A stretch of DNA of 64,000 bases from Chrysomallon squamiferum (taxonomy: Eukaryota; Animalia; Mollusca), in NCBI GenBank assembly GCA_012295275.1, contig CM022677.1, positions 1,178,001 to 1,242,000 on the forward strand, in the 5' to 3' direction. The notes below the pieces were generated by a model. It was given only the letters and a program-made list of their open reading frames with translations. It was not told the origin of the DNA and ran no database searches. Shown here piece after piece: positions 1-13,123 of this stretch (position 1 is its first letter; each line of letters opens with the position of its first letter). The translations under genes and the position numbers were made by a program.

Positions 1-94
1 AGTCAAACTAGCATGCATTGTCTTGTCATATTTCTTTTTAGCATTCCCAACCCCTTTGGTCAGCCGTAGCAGCTCAATTTGTGTATCTGTCTGC
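1..94 (-). CDS. Possible internal exon of an unidentified gene running off the window start
   Basis: Acceptor tttacacacag| at 95; only one frame is open to the window edge (QTDTQIELLRLTKGVGNAKKKYDKTMHASLT). No recognisable motif. Confidence 0.25.
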
Positions 95-1047
95 CTGTGT
101 GTAAATATAAATAAAGTGGAAGTGCAGAAAAAACACATTTTATTTTATGATTTATTAGTATTTAGTTTATTAACGGATTTACATATGCATTGTGAAGAAC
201 CGAGCTAGAACTTCAGAGTGCAAAGACAATGTTTATAATAATTTTCTTATCTTAACATATAAGGATGCATATTTTTGAATGAAGAAGATGTAAGATTGTT
301 ATTTTCAGTGTAATGTTTTATTTTTTAGGGTGTGGTTATAAGGGAATAAAATGAAAACAACACTTTCATACTGCATTTCTGCTGTTCTTTAAACAATACA
401 CTTAGCTTCTTCAGAAAAACATCTAAAATTCTTCAAGTTTTCATGACTTAATGAAACTCATAGATCGTTAGCATCTTCCCTTCCACAGACATCTTTATAA
501 TACGGACTGGAGGGAAACTGGAAGAAGTTCATCCATGAAAAATTTGTTCCTTACTCCATTCTGTGTAATAGGTCAACCAAGAGCATCACGTCACTTGAAA
601 TACACTGTTATGAATATGCTATTACTTCCGCTGTAAAGAAATTTGCAGGTATTGGTGTAAAATATCTCAATGAAATCATCAAACACAAATATATCTTCAG
701 ATGAAATCTGGAACTCAAATACCAATTCACTAAAACAGTCAAACTCGAAGCATAGTAATCCTGTCTGTATTTACTACAAACAAACAAATTATTTATTTAT
801 TTATTATTATTATTATTATCATAATTATCATTATTATTATTATTATTTAGGTTACTTATATATATATTTATTTATTTATTTATTATTAGTTGTTGTCTAG
901 ATTGTGTATCAAATTTGTTTCTAGGAGCAATCCCAATAAAACAGTAAAAGAAAATAACAGAAGCAAAAGTAGTAGAGATAAGCACATATATAATTATTTA
1001 CATATAATAAGAATATATAAGTTCATAAAAAACACATAAATAAATAA

Positions 1048-3080
1048 ATCATCATCATCATCATTGTACAGTCATAGTGCCCCTTCCTGAGCTGCTTGGA
1101 ATAACAGCAAACTGTGATAAGAAAACTTCATCTTCAAACAAAACCTTTTGTGGGAATATGAATGTTCAAATTGATATAAACCTGTCTCTTGTCCATGGCA
1201 GAGTTCTCTTGTTTTCTCTGATTAGTTAATAGTCAATAATTAAACTGTGACCATGTGATACTAATAAATAAATAAATAAATAAACAATTTATCTCCTTTA
1301 GGTATTTTATCTGCTTCCCTCATTTCCAAAATGCTGCAGTGTGATGGTTACTTATTCAAAGGCACAGCTCAGTCTAGAAACATCACTGGCCAGATTAGTT
1401 GTGTTTTTTTATTTTGGGTTTTTTGAGACCCTTGTGAACAGAAAGATCATCTGAAAAAAAATGCACCACTTGCCTGTGTCTATATTTGATGTTATTAATC
1501 AGGATTGCTGTGACATTGCTCAGTGCTTCCCTTTCAGACTCCTAATTACAATGGTATTTACCTGTTGGAATATACAGGGTGTCCCAGAAGTCACGCACCA
1601 TGAAGATTTTTATTTAGATACACATAAATTAGTAGTATTTATCTGTTTTATAAAGAGAAAATATATCTGAGTCTTTTGTTATGATTATTATTAATAAAAA
1701 TTTTATTCATATGTATCTAAATAAAAATCTTCATCTGGGACACCCTGATTGAATTTTGAATTTGTATCCTAGCAACTCCATTTTTGGTTGTTTCCTCAGC
1801 AATCCATCTGTATAAATGTGTTGATTTATCTTGAGAAGAGATTTTGTGCATATACTCTAGGTAAGAGCTCTTCTTTCCAAATTTGTCTGGATTCTCTTTT
1901 TCAGAATTCCTAACACAGACTCATGTATGTCTGGAAAGTTGCTCCTCTTCCATGCAGAATTCTGCTTTTGTTGGGATTTTCTTCATCTTATGATCTATGA
2001 ACTTTGTATGAATATTTTTTTTTTTTTTTTTAATTATTATTTTTTTTTTTTAGTTCATTCCTGGTGTGTTAGAATTTTCTACTTGATTCATGTTTTTGTT
2101 GCCTTCCTCATTCTTGTCTAAACTTGAAATGTTATATGAGAGTTTCTTGCCTGACTTCAAATGACTGGACTCCTGTTACTGTGTTTGGAGCATGTGTGGG
2201 TGTTGTCTGTTAGCTCTAGTGATTATTCTTGAAGCTTGGTTTTGGATTTTTGCAATTTGTCAGTTTGCTTTTACTGCTGTTCTGCAGAATATCATTGAAT
2301 ATTCTAGAACTGATTCAGCACAGTTTTCTGCAGACATTTTTTTTATTATTATTTGATGATCCTGGTTACATCTTTATTACTGCAACATGTGATTAGGCTC
2401 TGCTAATGCATTTTTTACTATATCCTTTCCATGTCATCCTATGATCAAATAAAATCCCTAAATACAGTGGCTTTTAATTTAGAAGTAATTTGTTTCATTC
2501 TGACTGCAGTATGACTTTTACTTCTTTGTTGGGCAGAATGGAGACTGCATATATAATTTTGGTTGGATTTAGTTTAACCAGCCATGTCTTTGTTATTTCT
2601 CAGTCTTTATCCAGAGCTTCTTGTATTCTAACACTTATGTTGTGATGTAATTGTCTGAATACAGATAATCAAGTCATCTGCTTATCTTGTTCTATGAATC
2701 CATTGTGAGTTTTCCTTTAATATAGCATTACTAAAAATGATGTAGAGACTTTTGTGAGAGAAGTTATCCTTGTTATAAACCCTTGTTTCAAACTTTTTGT
2801 CCTTTTGTGTCTTTGATTGTAGAGATGTGTTTGTACTGGTAAATTCACCTATACATTTGTCCTGATATTCCACAGGGAGCTTGAATCCCTTCCTCCAGAC
2901 ATTTCTAGATCAATCCAGAAGCATGTACTTTTTCTTTGGAAAGAATCCTCAGTCTCTTGCGACATGCAGGTGACCAGATCTTCAATGGATCTGTTCATCC
3001 CTTAATTGGGAAGGTGATACAAAAGTGTGACATTTTATCTAATGCCAGTAGAGATTGTTTTTGGCTGGATACTGAGCCAT
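1048..3080 (-). mobile_element. Degenerate, 5'-truncated non-LTR retrotransposon with RT and RNase H (I/Ingi/Nimb-like)
   Basis: Minus-strand fragments with stops and frameshifts: RSIEDLVTCMSQETEDSFQ..WIDLE..VWRKG (RT), *ADDLII (YADD box, ~2665-2684), YLGILFDHRMTWK (~2425-2465), YTDG.AEETTKNG and VHFFSDDLSV..GNE.ADK (RNase H). (TGA)n tail at ~1048-1064. Confidence 0.8.
1575..1747. mobile_element. Tc1/mariner-type MITE nested in the LINE RNase H region
   Basis: Terminal inverted repeats CAGGGTGTCCCAG...ATGAAGATTTTTATTTAGATACA at both ends; the right copy lacks 12 internal bp. TA precedes the left end; no ORF; LINE homology resumes on both sides. Confidence 0.8.
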
Positions 3081-3299
3081 GTTGAGGGTTACAGAATTTT
3101 ACTATATATATATATTTTAATTTCATTATCTTTGATACTTTTATTGTTTCACAGCTCTTTACACTGGTTTTAATTAATCTTAAATCTTTATATATAAATT
3201 AGTCATCATTTTGATGTATTTATCTTTGCTTTGACACCCAATAGCCAATATATTTTTCATATTAGTGTTGTTATGAAACATTCATTCATTCATTCATCT

Positions 3300-3540
3300 G
3301 TTTTTTTAAATCCAGCTTGTATTGGGTAACAATGGTTCTGTTGTTGATCATTCTTTCCATCAACTTAACCACACATCTTGTTTAACTTATATATAATGTA
3401 AGCCATCTGGTTTGGATTTATCCTTTCCATTTTTGTGGATTTGGATTGTTCTTTCTCTTGATGATTGTGGTACAGACCTGCAAAGAAGATCTTTTAGTGT
3501 CTTTTACTGGATGCTGGAGTATTTCTCTAGTGAATCTTTA
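3300..3540 (-). mobile_element. Further LINE RT fragment
   Basis: Minus-strand MERMINNR...QAGF, typical of the start of non-LTR RT domains; degenerate. Confidence 0.55.
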
Positions 3541-3559
3541 TACACCACGCTCTACCTGT

Positions 3560-5989
3560 CATACCCACACCAAACAAGAAATCTACAGACAAAAACGACA
3601 CTGCACAAAATAAAAAAAACACAACAAAAACACATACAGACACACAAAAATATGTCAAAATATGGACTAATAGAAAAACAGATTATGAGACATAAGAACG
3701 AGCAAAACAGAAAGTCAAACAAAACATACACATAAAATATAGATTCATGGCATAAAAAACAAATAAAAATTTATCAAAAACAATAAATCAAAACCTTCAG
3801 AAAGACTGATAAATATGGACAAACACAGACCACAAACCACATACACCTACATGATACAAAAAAACAAAACACACACACAAACCAGACACACCTACATGAA
3901 AACATGTCACACAACACAAAAAACATGCAAACACACAGACCCAAACACACATACAACAGATACATAAGAAATGCAAAAACAACACAAACACATGGTGAGT
4001 TTTATTTTGTGCTGTTTTTGTGTAAAATATAGATTCAACAGATAAGACAGACAAAAACATAGATGCATAGAAAGACATACACACACACAAACAAGACAAA
4101 AACATATGAATAACAGATTAAACACATACAGATGCTCCACAAACACCACAGACAGATATACACCAATAATAGATAGATGCAAAGACAGCTACACAGAACC
4201 ACAGACAGACAAACACAGATGCAGGCAGACAGATGGTGAGAAGAATTTCTAGTTTGTTTTCTAGAGAATAAAATAAAATTTTGTTTTATTAATAATTATC
4301 TTCTATTCAAAACATTCACACATTGTTTCAGAGTCAATGGAAAATCTTCAGATGAGAATTGTGCTCTGGAGAGCTGGAAGATTGCAAACAATGATAATGG
4401 AGAAAATTTGATTTCAACTACAATCTAAAATAACATATTTTGACAAACATTAAGTAATGATGTAATTAAAATGAAAATAAATTAAAAATCAAAATTAAAA
4501 GGAGAGAAAATATAAAAATAACTCATATATATCTAAAAGTGTATACATCTACAACTTTTTTTTCTCACACAAAAAAATAAATAAATAAATAAATAAATTC
4601 TGCTATTAACAGGAAACCTGTTTGAATATAGATAATTTTAGATCATTTTTAATTTTTCACAAGATCACTAAACTGAAAATCTTCAGGAGATGGAAGATAC
4701 TGAAATTCCATGGAAAGGCATTCGAGGATCAGGTTTTCCTTAAAGAACAATCCACAAAACATTAAGGAATAAAGGAAAATGCCCACCAAATAGAGCATGG
4801 ACACAACAAGCTATATGTTATATAAAACAACAAGCAAATGAACAATACACAGGAAAACAAACCACATGAAACAAAATATCATTTAGAAAATGACAACACA
4901 GGATATAAAAAATACAGATACAAAACCTATATGACCAAAAAAGACACACACACAAAAAAGAAAAAACATAAACAAGAAAGAAGTAAAAAATTAATATCAC
5001 ACTGAAAACAAAACATAAACCTTAAACAAGAAGAAACATATACAAAACATACATCACACTGAACACAAAACAAAAACAGGCAACAACAACAAAAGTCATT
5101 TATAAATTAAAAATACCATAAACAATACACAGAATTATGCACATCACACCAACCACAAACAACAAATATGCAACAACAACAAAAATCACATAAATTAAAC
5201 ATATCATAAAAGACAAGGGACACAAAACATCACACCACAGCATTCAAAACAACACACAGAAAAAACATACAGAACACACACTACACATCACACCATACAC
5301 AAAACAGACACATGCAGAACACTGGACACAAAAAACAGACTACATACTGCACAGGACACAGTACATGCAACAAGAACAAACATAAGCAAAAAACACATAC
5401 AATACAGACACTTCAAATCAGACCAAGCACAAAGCATAGTACAGGGAACACAAAACAGACCTATTCACAAAAAAATACATATCATACCAAACATACAACT
5501 CAGACATACATATCATATCAAGCAGAAAACACACAACATACATCATACCAGTCAGAAAACACAAACATGCCACATCAACAATATAGAAAATACATATTAA
5601 GCAAAACAACAAATATACACCATACACCACATGGTGCATGGAACAGAACACCACACAGAACATAAACATTTACAAGATAAATAGTACACACAGCATACAG
5701 CACAAGGCCAATAAAACCTCACAACATGTACCAAGTGTATCATATACCAAAAACTCAATAATGTGTGCACAATCCATCACACTGTGCTGTGGTTGTTTTC
5801 TGTGTAGTGTTTTGTGGTGTGTAGGTGGTATGTTTTGAAGACGGTACATGTTGTGTTTGGTGCATGTACACACTACAAACCACACATACATAAAATAAAC
5901 ATACACCACTTACAAACACAAAAAAAACACCAAAATGACAAACATGCAACAAGAACAAACATGTATAATACATGCATTATAATAAATAT

Positions 5990-5990
<1 letters not shown>
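3560..5990. repeat. Long degenerate ACA/CA-rich low-complexity region
   Basis: Strongly strand-biased A/C-rich sequence (acacaaaa-like units) that generates the spurious C/V/F- and T/H/K-rich ORFs in the track. Confidence 0.75.
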
Positions 5991-6028
<38 letters not shown>

Positions 6029-6894
6029 TAGATCTCACAACATGGTGTTTGAAAAAGGTATATATGAAGTTGTTAATGATAACTAAAAGTGAAACAATAT
6101 CAGTAACAGACCTGCCTTTTAATTGTGACTTGTGATGTATATCAGTGATACCTCTTGTATGAATCATGTCTTTGATTTTGTCTTTGTTAATTTGACATGG
6201 TTTTAATTATATATTCGAAATAAGGTAAATCAGTAAGACTTGATGATTTAAATATAAACGGTGGATGATGTAAGATCTAATTTTTGTTTTTCCAGTATCT
6301 TCTTATCGTCCTAATTACTGTCACTTTCCCAACAAAAATGTAAACGCATTGCTATAGTTTCCAGTCGTTTGCCCAATCTTATCAAATTTAGAGTGGGCTT
6401 TTCCTCGTTTTTGCTTAGTTTCACTCCTTTCCTCACATTCAGTTTTGGACTCTTTTTCTTGCTTGCCATAATTGGTAAAGTGAAATTATATGAACCTGTG
6501 TTATCATTTCATTACAAACAATCAGTACCGCATAACTGTATTTTCCCCTCACAAAAAAGCCAAGCCTTCTTTTCTGTATAAATCCAAATAATAAATAAAA
6601 TTTTAAGACCGACATACAGAAATGCTGGAACGTTCAGAACTCATTTTAAACAGTGAAATGTTAACAGATTTACTGTAAATTCACTGTAAATAATGTATTT
6701 GTACTTTGTTTTTTGTAAGAGTTCTCCCACTTCAGCTGTCATTTTAGCTGATTGCTTCACTAAAGCGGTATTTCTCATTAGAAAGTAGTGGTCACCAACA
6801 GAGATGGACAACGATAACATGCGCGCGCACACACACACAGAAAAAAACACTATAGACAACGCAAACACATAAACATGCACTCAAATCGAAGCTT

Positions 6895-6930
<36 letters not shown>

Positions 6931-7389
6931 CACTATAGACACATCACAAATGCATAAAACTCACTGAAATCGAAGCTCTCTCTCTCTCTCACACATATAC
7001 ATACACACACATAAAAACAGAACGAACAACTCAGACATAAAAATACAACACTAACTTATTTTACACACACACGCACACACACTGAAACATACAGAAACAA
7101 ACGTATATAAAAACACGCATGTACATAATCATGTAAACACTATATATAAAGAAAAAAGCATGCACATAGAAACACATACATGCAACTATATAACGTACTT
7201 TTTTTTTCATATTATGTTTATTCAATGTGTGTTTCTGTGTCTTTCATTGCACGTTTTTGTTTCTGTGTGTGTGTGTGTGTGTGCGTGCGCGCTTCAGTGT
7301 TCCTGTTTGTATTGGTGCGTGTGCATATATGTGTTTTTGTGCATGTGAACGTATATGTACATGTGTATGTGTGTGTTTGCGAGCGCGCG

Positions 7390-7810
7390 CCAGTGCTAAA
7401 ATTAAATCTTTGACCGTGTCTTCTTTGATGATTTCAGGCAGTTCTGTTTCTATCAACTCTGCACTGCTGAAGGAGTTATTTTGGTTGGGATTAAACATTT
7501 CCTTCAGCCAGAACAAGAGGTTAATGTGTGGCAGTACTTTCTTTTTTCACTCCACTTTACGCACGTTTTATTTATTTGGTTTATTTAGTTTATTTAGTTT
7601 ATTTATTTATTTATTTATTATTATTATTATTTTGCTGCAGATATATCTTGATTGTTGTTGCAATCCATCAGCTAGGAAACTTTAAAGACTTTTGCCACGT
7701 CACGTCTGTTTTGGCTGATTGTCCTGGATTTTTTTTTTAAAGTTTCGTTTATGAAGAGTAAAAATGTCTTTGCATTATCATAATTTATGTAGCGTTTTAA
7801 ACATCAGTTG
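7390..7810 (-). mobile_element. Helitron Rep (HUH endonuclease) remnant
   Basis: Minus-strand PGQSAKTD..VAKVFK..LMD followed by VE*KKKVLPHINLLFWLKEMFNPNQNNSFSSAEL, matching the Helitron Rep consensus PGQ.A.DR.D.VARVF and VEWQKRGLPHAHILIWL..I.P.QID..ISAEL; interrupted by TTAT repeats. Confidence 0.65.
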
Positions 7811-7955
7811 ACTTATTATAATAATTTATGTTGCACACAGGCAAAAAACATTGCGAATGTCATTTTTAAACGTCTATAGCTTTAAAAAATGCTGCTGTAC
7901 ATAAATATATAATGATGTTGAAAAGAATGAAAAAAAAATAATTATATATATATAT

Positions 7956-7959
<4 letters not shown>

Positions 7960-8025
<66 letters not shown>
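7960..8025. repeat. (GA)n microsatellite
   Basis: Perfect AG dinucleotide run. Confidence 0.95.
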
Positions 8026-8029
<4 letters not shown>

Positions 8030-8871
8030 TTAAAGTAAAAATAGATAGAAAACCAAGTCACTTCGGTGTTTGACAGATTATATATATTTTTTTAAATATT
8101 TTTTTTTATTGATATTCTTTTTTTTTTTTTTTTTTTAAAACTGACAAACTGCTGTTTTAAAAAAAAATATCAGAAGTAAAGTAGACTGACAGACATAAAT
8201 GCAGCTCCTTCACGAGTCATTAGTAATAATTTATTTTATTCAATTGTAGTTTTATAAATCGGAGAAAAATACAGCATAAATAAAATGTACTGAAATACGT
8301 GCACACAAAAATTTAATTTTGGTGTTACATTGGGAAAAATAGTCATGTTTTTTTTTTTTTTTTCAAACAAGATTTTAGCCTCTGTTGCTGGAATTGGTGA
8401 AAGCATTGAAAACGGTTATGATCTTGGAAAAATCCAGATTTTATAACTGATTTTCAAATAAAATTCTTTTCTGTAAAGACCTAACTAAGACGTGTTTTAT
8501 CACAATGCATGTTGAAAAATAATTTATATATAAAAATTGAATATGATTGGTTTTTAGCTTTTTTATTTGAAAATAAACAAACTTGACAGATAATCAGTTA
8601 GGGATTATAAAAATATAAAAACTCAAAATTTTATCTGTAAATATTTTATTTAGAAAAGTTTTAGAACATTATTTCTTTATACATCTGACTAGCAGATTGT
8701 GAAGCAAGGTTAATTTGTATAAATATTTCACCAAGAAAGATATAGAGCAATAAAATGTGTGAAAACTGTTTTGAATTTAATAAAACACCCACTGATAACA
8801 AATGAATAGCAGCAGTTGAATAACATTTCTAAAATTGTAAGTAAATTCATTTTTATCATACTAGGGTTTTG

Positions 8872-9060
8872 TCATACAACAAATACACATTTTTTCTTTT
8901 TTTGTCATGGACATTAAATGTCAGTGTGTTGCTCTTGATGATACTCTGAAGCATGAGATGTTGTAAGAAAAATCATTTTTATCATACAACAAATACATTT
9001 TTTTTTTTCTATCATGGACATTAAATGTCAATGTGTTGCTCTTGATGATTTTCTGAAGCA
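8872..9060. repeat. ~80 bp direct duplication downstream of the TBC stop
   Basis: tcatacaacaaatac...catggacattaaatgtca.tgtgttgctcttgatgat...ctgaagca at 8872-8953 and 8982-9060. Confidence 0.85.
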
Positions 9061-9098
9061 GATTCATGTTTGGAACCAGTGATATCTTGTATTGTGGG

Positions 9099-12000
9099 TC
9101 ATGAGATGTCATCATCCAAATGTTGCTCAGATCTGTTTAAAGCTGGTGATGAAGAGTATGTCAGTGGTGACATATTTGAACAGTCAGTTTTCTCAGATGA
9201 TCTTTCTGTGGAACAGAGATTTGATTGCAGATCAGAAGTGCTCAAATGAGCTGTTTTACTGTAACTGGAAGATTCTTTGACATCATACATTCTTTTGTGT
9301 CTGTGTATTCCAGCTGTAGTGTCTGTGGTGGATGGAATGTCAAGTCCAAATAAGAATGTTGGTCTTTCATTTTCTTTGGTTAGTGTTGGAAGTTCCATCT
9401 TAATACTTTTCAACTCCTTCATGCAGATCTTCAGTTTGTTTATGACTAAGTCGTCATTAAATCTAAAATTATTTTCCAGAGTGTGTAAGAACAACAAGAT
9501 TTCATCTGCCAGCTTTTTTTTAATATGACCTGAAAAGTAAATAAACAGTAAAGAAAATAATTCCAAAATGTTGAAATAATCTTATTGTTTAAAAAATATT
9601 TATTTAGTTAATTTTGTTTCTCAAGCATTAAGGTAAATGATTTAGATGTATATATATATATATATTTAGTATATGGCTCATGAGGCACAAGTTATTCTCA
9701 AACATTAAGTTCAGAGGTCTTCTGATATAAATATAATAACAAATTCAAAAGAACTACATTTAAAAACAATTGGTATCTTAGTCGTGTGTTTTTTTTGTTT
9801 TTTTGTTTCCTTTTCCTCAACTTTCACAAATTAATGAGACTTACGCTGATGAATTTTAATAATGCAGTAAGCCATGCCAGTCAGTGTACTGTCACCTTCA
9901 AACATCCATATGTCCCACAGCCTCAGAGTCAGATGAAAGGGCATCTGTAAAATTTGATCTCAAACAGTTTTAAATATTTTCAAGTTCATTTTATGATATC
10001 TTGTTATGAAAACATGAATGAATAACCATTTATTTTATACATTTTTTATTAAATGTTAATAATTATTTGAGGTCAATCTAATAGGCAAATATAACTGTAT
10101 CTGCACTGAACATACCATGACCTCTGATAAATATCACTAGTACAACAGAAATTAGTATGTGGAAAACAAACTTGGCAGATGTTAGGGTTAGCAGAAGAAG
10201 ATAAATAACTTTTAACAAACCATTGACTTACCTTGCCCAAAAAACACTGCAAAAACCATTTAATTGTATACTGTGCTGAATATACTTCATTCTTCTCCTG
10301 TACAGATATAAAAAAAAAATAAATAAAAATTTACATTTTACCAAAGTCCTCAGCTACTTTTTTTTTCACATTACAAAAGACTTAGTGAAAAAATAAAAAG
10401 TAAAATTTAATATTTAAAATTTAATGGCACTTTTTTCACTGATTGCATAAACTGACTAAGAATTAAGTGTAAATATTATTTCATGTTATAAAAAAAAAAA
10501 ATTTTTTTTTTTTAAATACAACAACTTAAACAAAAAATTTACTCCAATTAGAGGTGAAACATCTGCTTTTAAAATGAGTAAAAATGTAAAATAACAAACC
10601 AGATGTTTTTTTGTTTTGGGTAACATTTTTTCCAAAATAACATCATGATACTCTAGAAACCGGAACAGTTTTGGAAAGCCAGGAATGAAAAAACCTAATA
10701 AAAAAATAAATCCATTCAACATTTCATTTATTTTATTTTATTATTATTATTATTAATGTTTTTTTTTTTGTTGTTTTTAGTTTTCAGGTTCAAAATTTTA
10801 TTGAATTACTTATTTTATTTGTTTGAACATGTTGTCACCTCTTTAGGACTTTCTGTTCTACCATCATAGCAAGCCTCTGGAAATGGATTTTGCATTAAAA
10901 TTAGGTGACAAGACTTATATGTCATAATAGAGTTTTTGCATGCCTAATTCTATAGAAAACTCCCTGTACATAAATATAGATTTTAAATTGCATTTTTCTT
11001 TTATTATATGTAATATATCATAGAAAAGTGTGAAACGATTAACCACAATATAAATAAGAAGTTTTGTGAGTTTACATTTCTTCTTTATATAAATTATATT
11101 AACCACTAAAACAACATTAATGCTTAGTAAATAAATTAAATATGAATGTTCAAAATCAAGAGGTTGTTCTATTCTTGGATTTTGACACATTTGAATGTAA
11201 ATTTTAATCAGCATGATGTAAACTCTTTTTTTCACATATCTGCCACTATAGATACTGTATGTTACACACAGGAATCATCTAACCATGTAAGCTGTGCTTT
11301 TCATCCAAAACCAACTGAGATAATGACCAAAATGCTTCCTGTAAAAAAAAAAGAAAGAAAGATATATCTATATATATATAAAAATAAATAACATTTAAAA
11401 AACATCACCTCATAATAAGGTGTATTAAGAATAATAGTGATGTTACAATTTACACATAATAAACATTTTGTTCAAGATGTTCATCTTATTATCACAACTG
11501 ATAATGATTTTCTGTGGAATTCATTTTTTATTTCTGATTCTAGTTTCTTTGTTTCATAAATATTAAATATATTCAGGAAACTGAAAAAGTATAAATAAAT
11601 AAATAAATAATAAAACAAATTAATTTGATTACAAAACTACAAACATAAACAGAAAAAAGCCACATCAAACTGCCAGTTATTTAACACAACACTTTGCATT
11701 ACCATGACTATATATAAAAAAATATAAATATTTTTATTATTTATAATTATTTACCTCTTCATTCTGATACATCAACAACGTAGCCACAATTTCGTTCATT
11801 CCCTGGCAGTAACCAAGTTCTGGATTGTAAACAGAAAATGCTGCCAGTATGTGAAATAACTCTTGTTGCCTGAACATGAAAATATAAAACCAGAATTTAA
11901 AATAAATAGATGAAGTGATCATTTAATTACACCAAGGAAATGAAATAGATTAACATTACAACAATATTATTTATATCTTTAATAATTTAATCTTCTTTTG

Positions 12001-13073
12001 CAGCTTATTTGCTACACACTCGACTAATTTTTGTAATGACAGATTTGTTCTCTTTGTAGATCTACACATCTGTAAAAGAATATATGTGTGTATATCTACT
12101 ATTTGTTTAGAAGAAACTCAGTTACTTTGTTGTATTTTCCTCTTTGAACATGATGTTTTTCCGAAAAGTCCTGATGACATCCAAATCTATTTGTTCAATG
12201 TATGTTGACTTCTCTATAATTTGCTCTTTCAATTTCTATGCATAAAAAATAAAATAAATAAATAAATGAATAAAAAAAAAAAAAAATAATAATACAATTC
12301 ATGTTCAATCAATTGTAATGTTTTTAAAGTTTTGGTTTATTTCTGGCAGTAAATTGAGAAACATTGGTATTTCAACTTAAAGCACAAACAGTTTGAAGCC
12401 CTGTGTGAAATAAATTTAAATAAATATCAGTAAAAAAAAAAAAAAATAAACATTTGTGAATTTTACACAATGTTTAATACAAGTGTTAATTTAATTTTGA
12501 AAACGTTTTATTTTTCTTTACAGCCCAGTTTATTTGAAAGTCATACAAATCCACTTCAACAAAAACTGAAATGTACAGACCTCATACAGGCCTGGATTTG
12601 CATCCATTACATTCTTAGTGTTCAACAGTCCAGCCCACACTTCCCTCGCAGTCTGTCAGGAATGCCTTTGTAAATACGTTTAACAAACTAAAAATAAACA
12701 AAACATATTTACATTTTTACCTAACATCTGTATTCAGTTAAATTTCTTTCTTTTTTAAAATATTATTAATGTTGATAAACTATATGAATTATAATAGTTA
12801 TTTTACAAGAATATGTTATTAGAATATATTAAATAACAATGAAGAATTATTTTGTCTTCCATGTCATCATTAAAGAGATGTGTTATCAGCTGTTCACCTT
12901 ATCTCTTGGGTAATACTGGTCCCAGTTTTCTAACATTTTTAACCACTTTTTCACTCTCTTTAATTCTTTTGCACAACTCTGAAATTCCAGATGTAAGAAA
13001 AATAATTTTATTTAATGAAAATAATAATTGAATAAAATGACAGTCAACTTCTTTATATTTATTATCATTTGTT

Positions 13074-13123
<50 letters not shown>

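Noticed and set aside
420-755. Coding-like + strand stretch (YGLEGNWKKFIHEKFVPYSILC...)
   Set aside because: Several in-frame stops and no family I can recognise; probably another decayed element.
4332-4731. Two exon-like + strand segments with ag/gt boundaries
   Set aside because: No consistent open frame or identifiable product.
3774-7685. Many overlapping 60-150 aa ORFs rich in C/V/F or T/H/K
   Set aside because: They are translations of CA/TG low-complexity repeats, with no domain motifs apart from the Helitron fragment.
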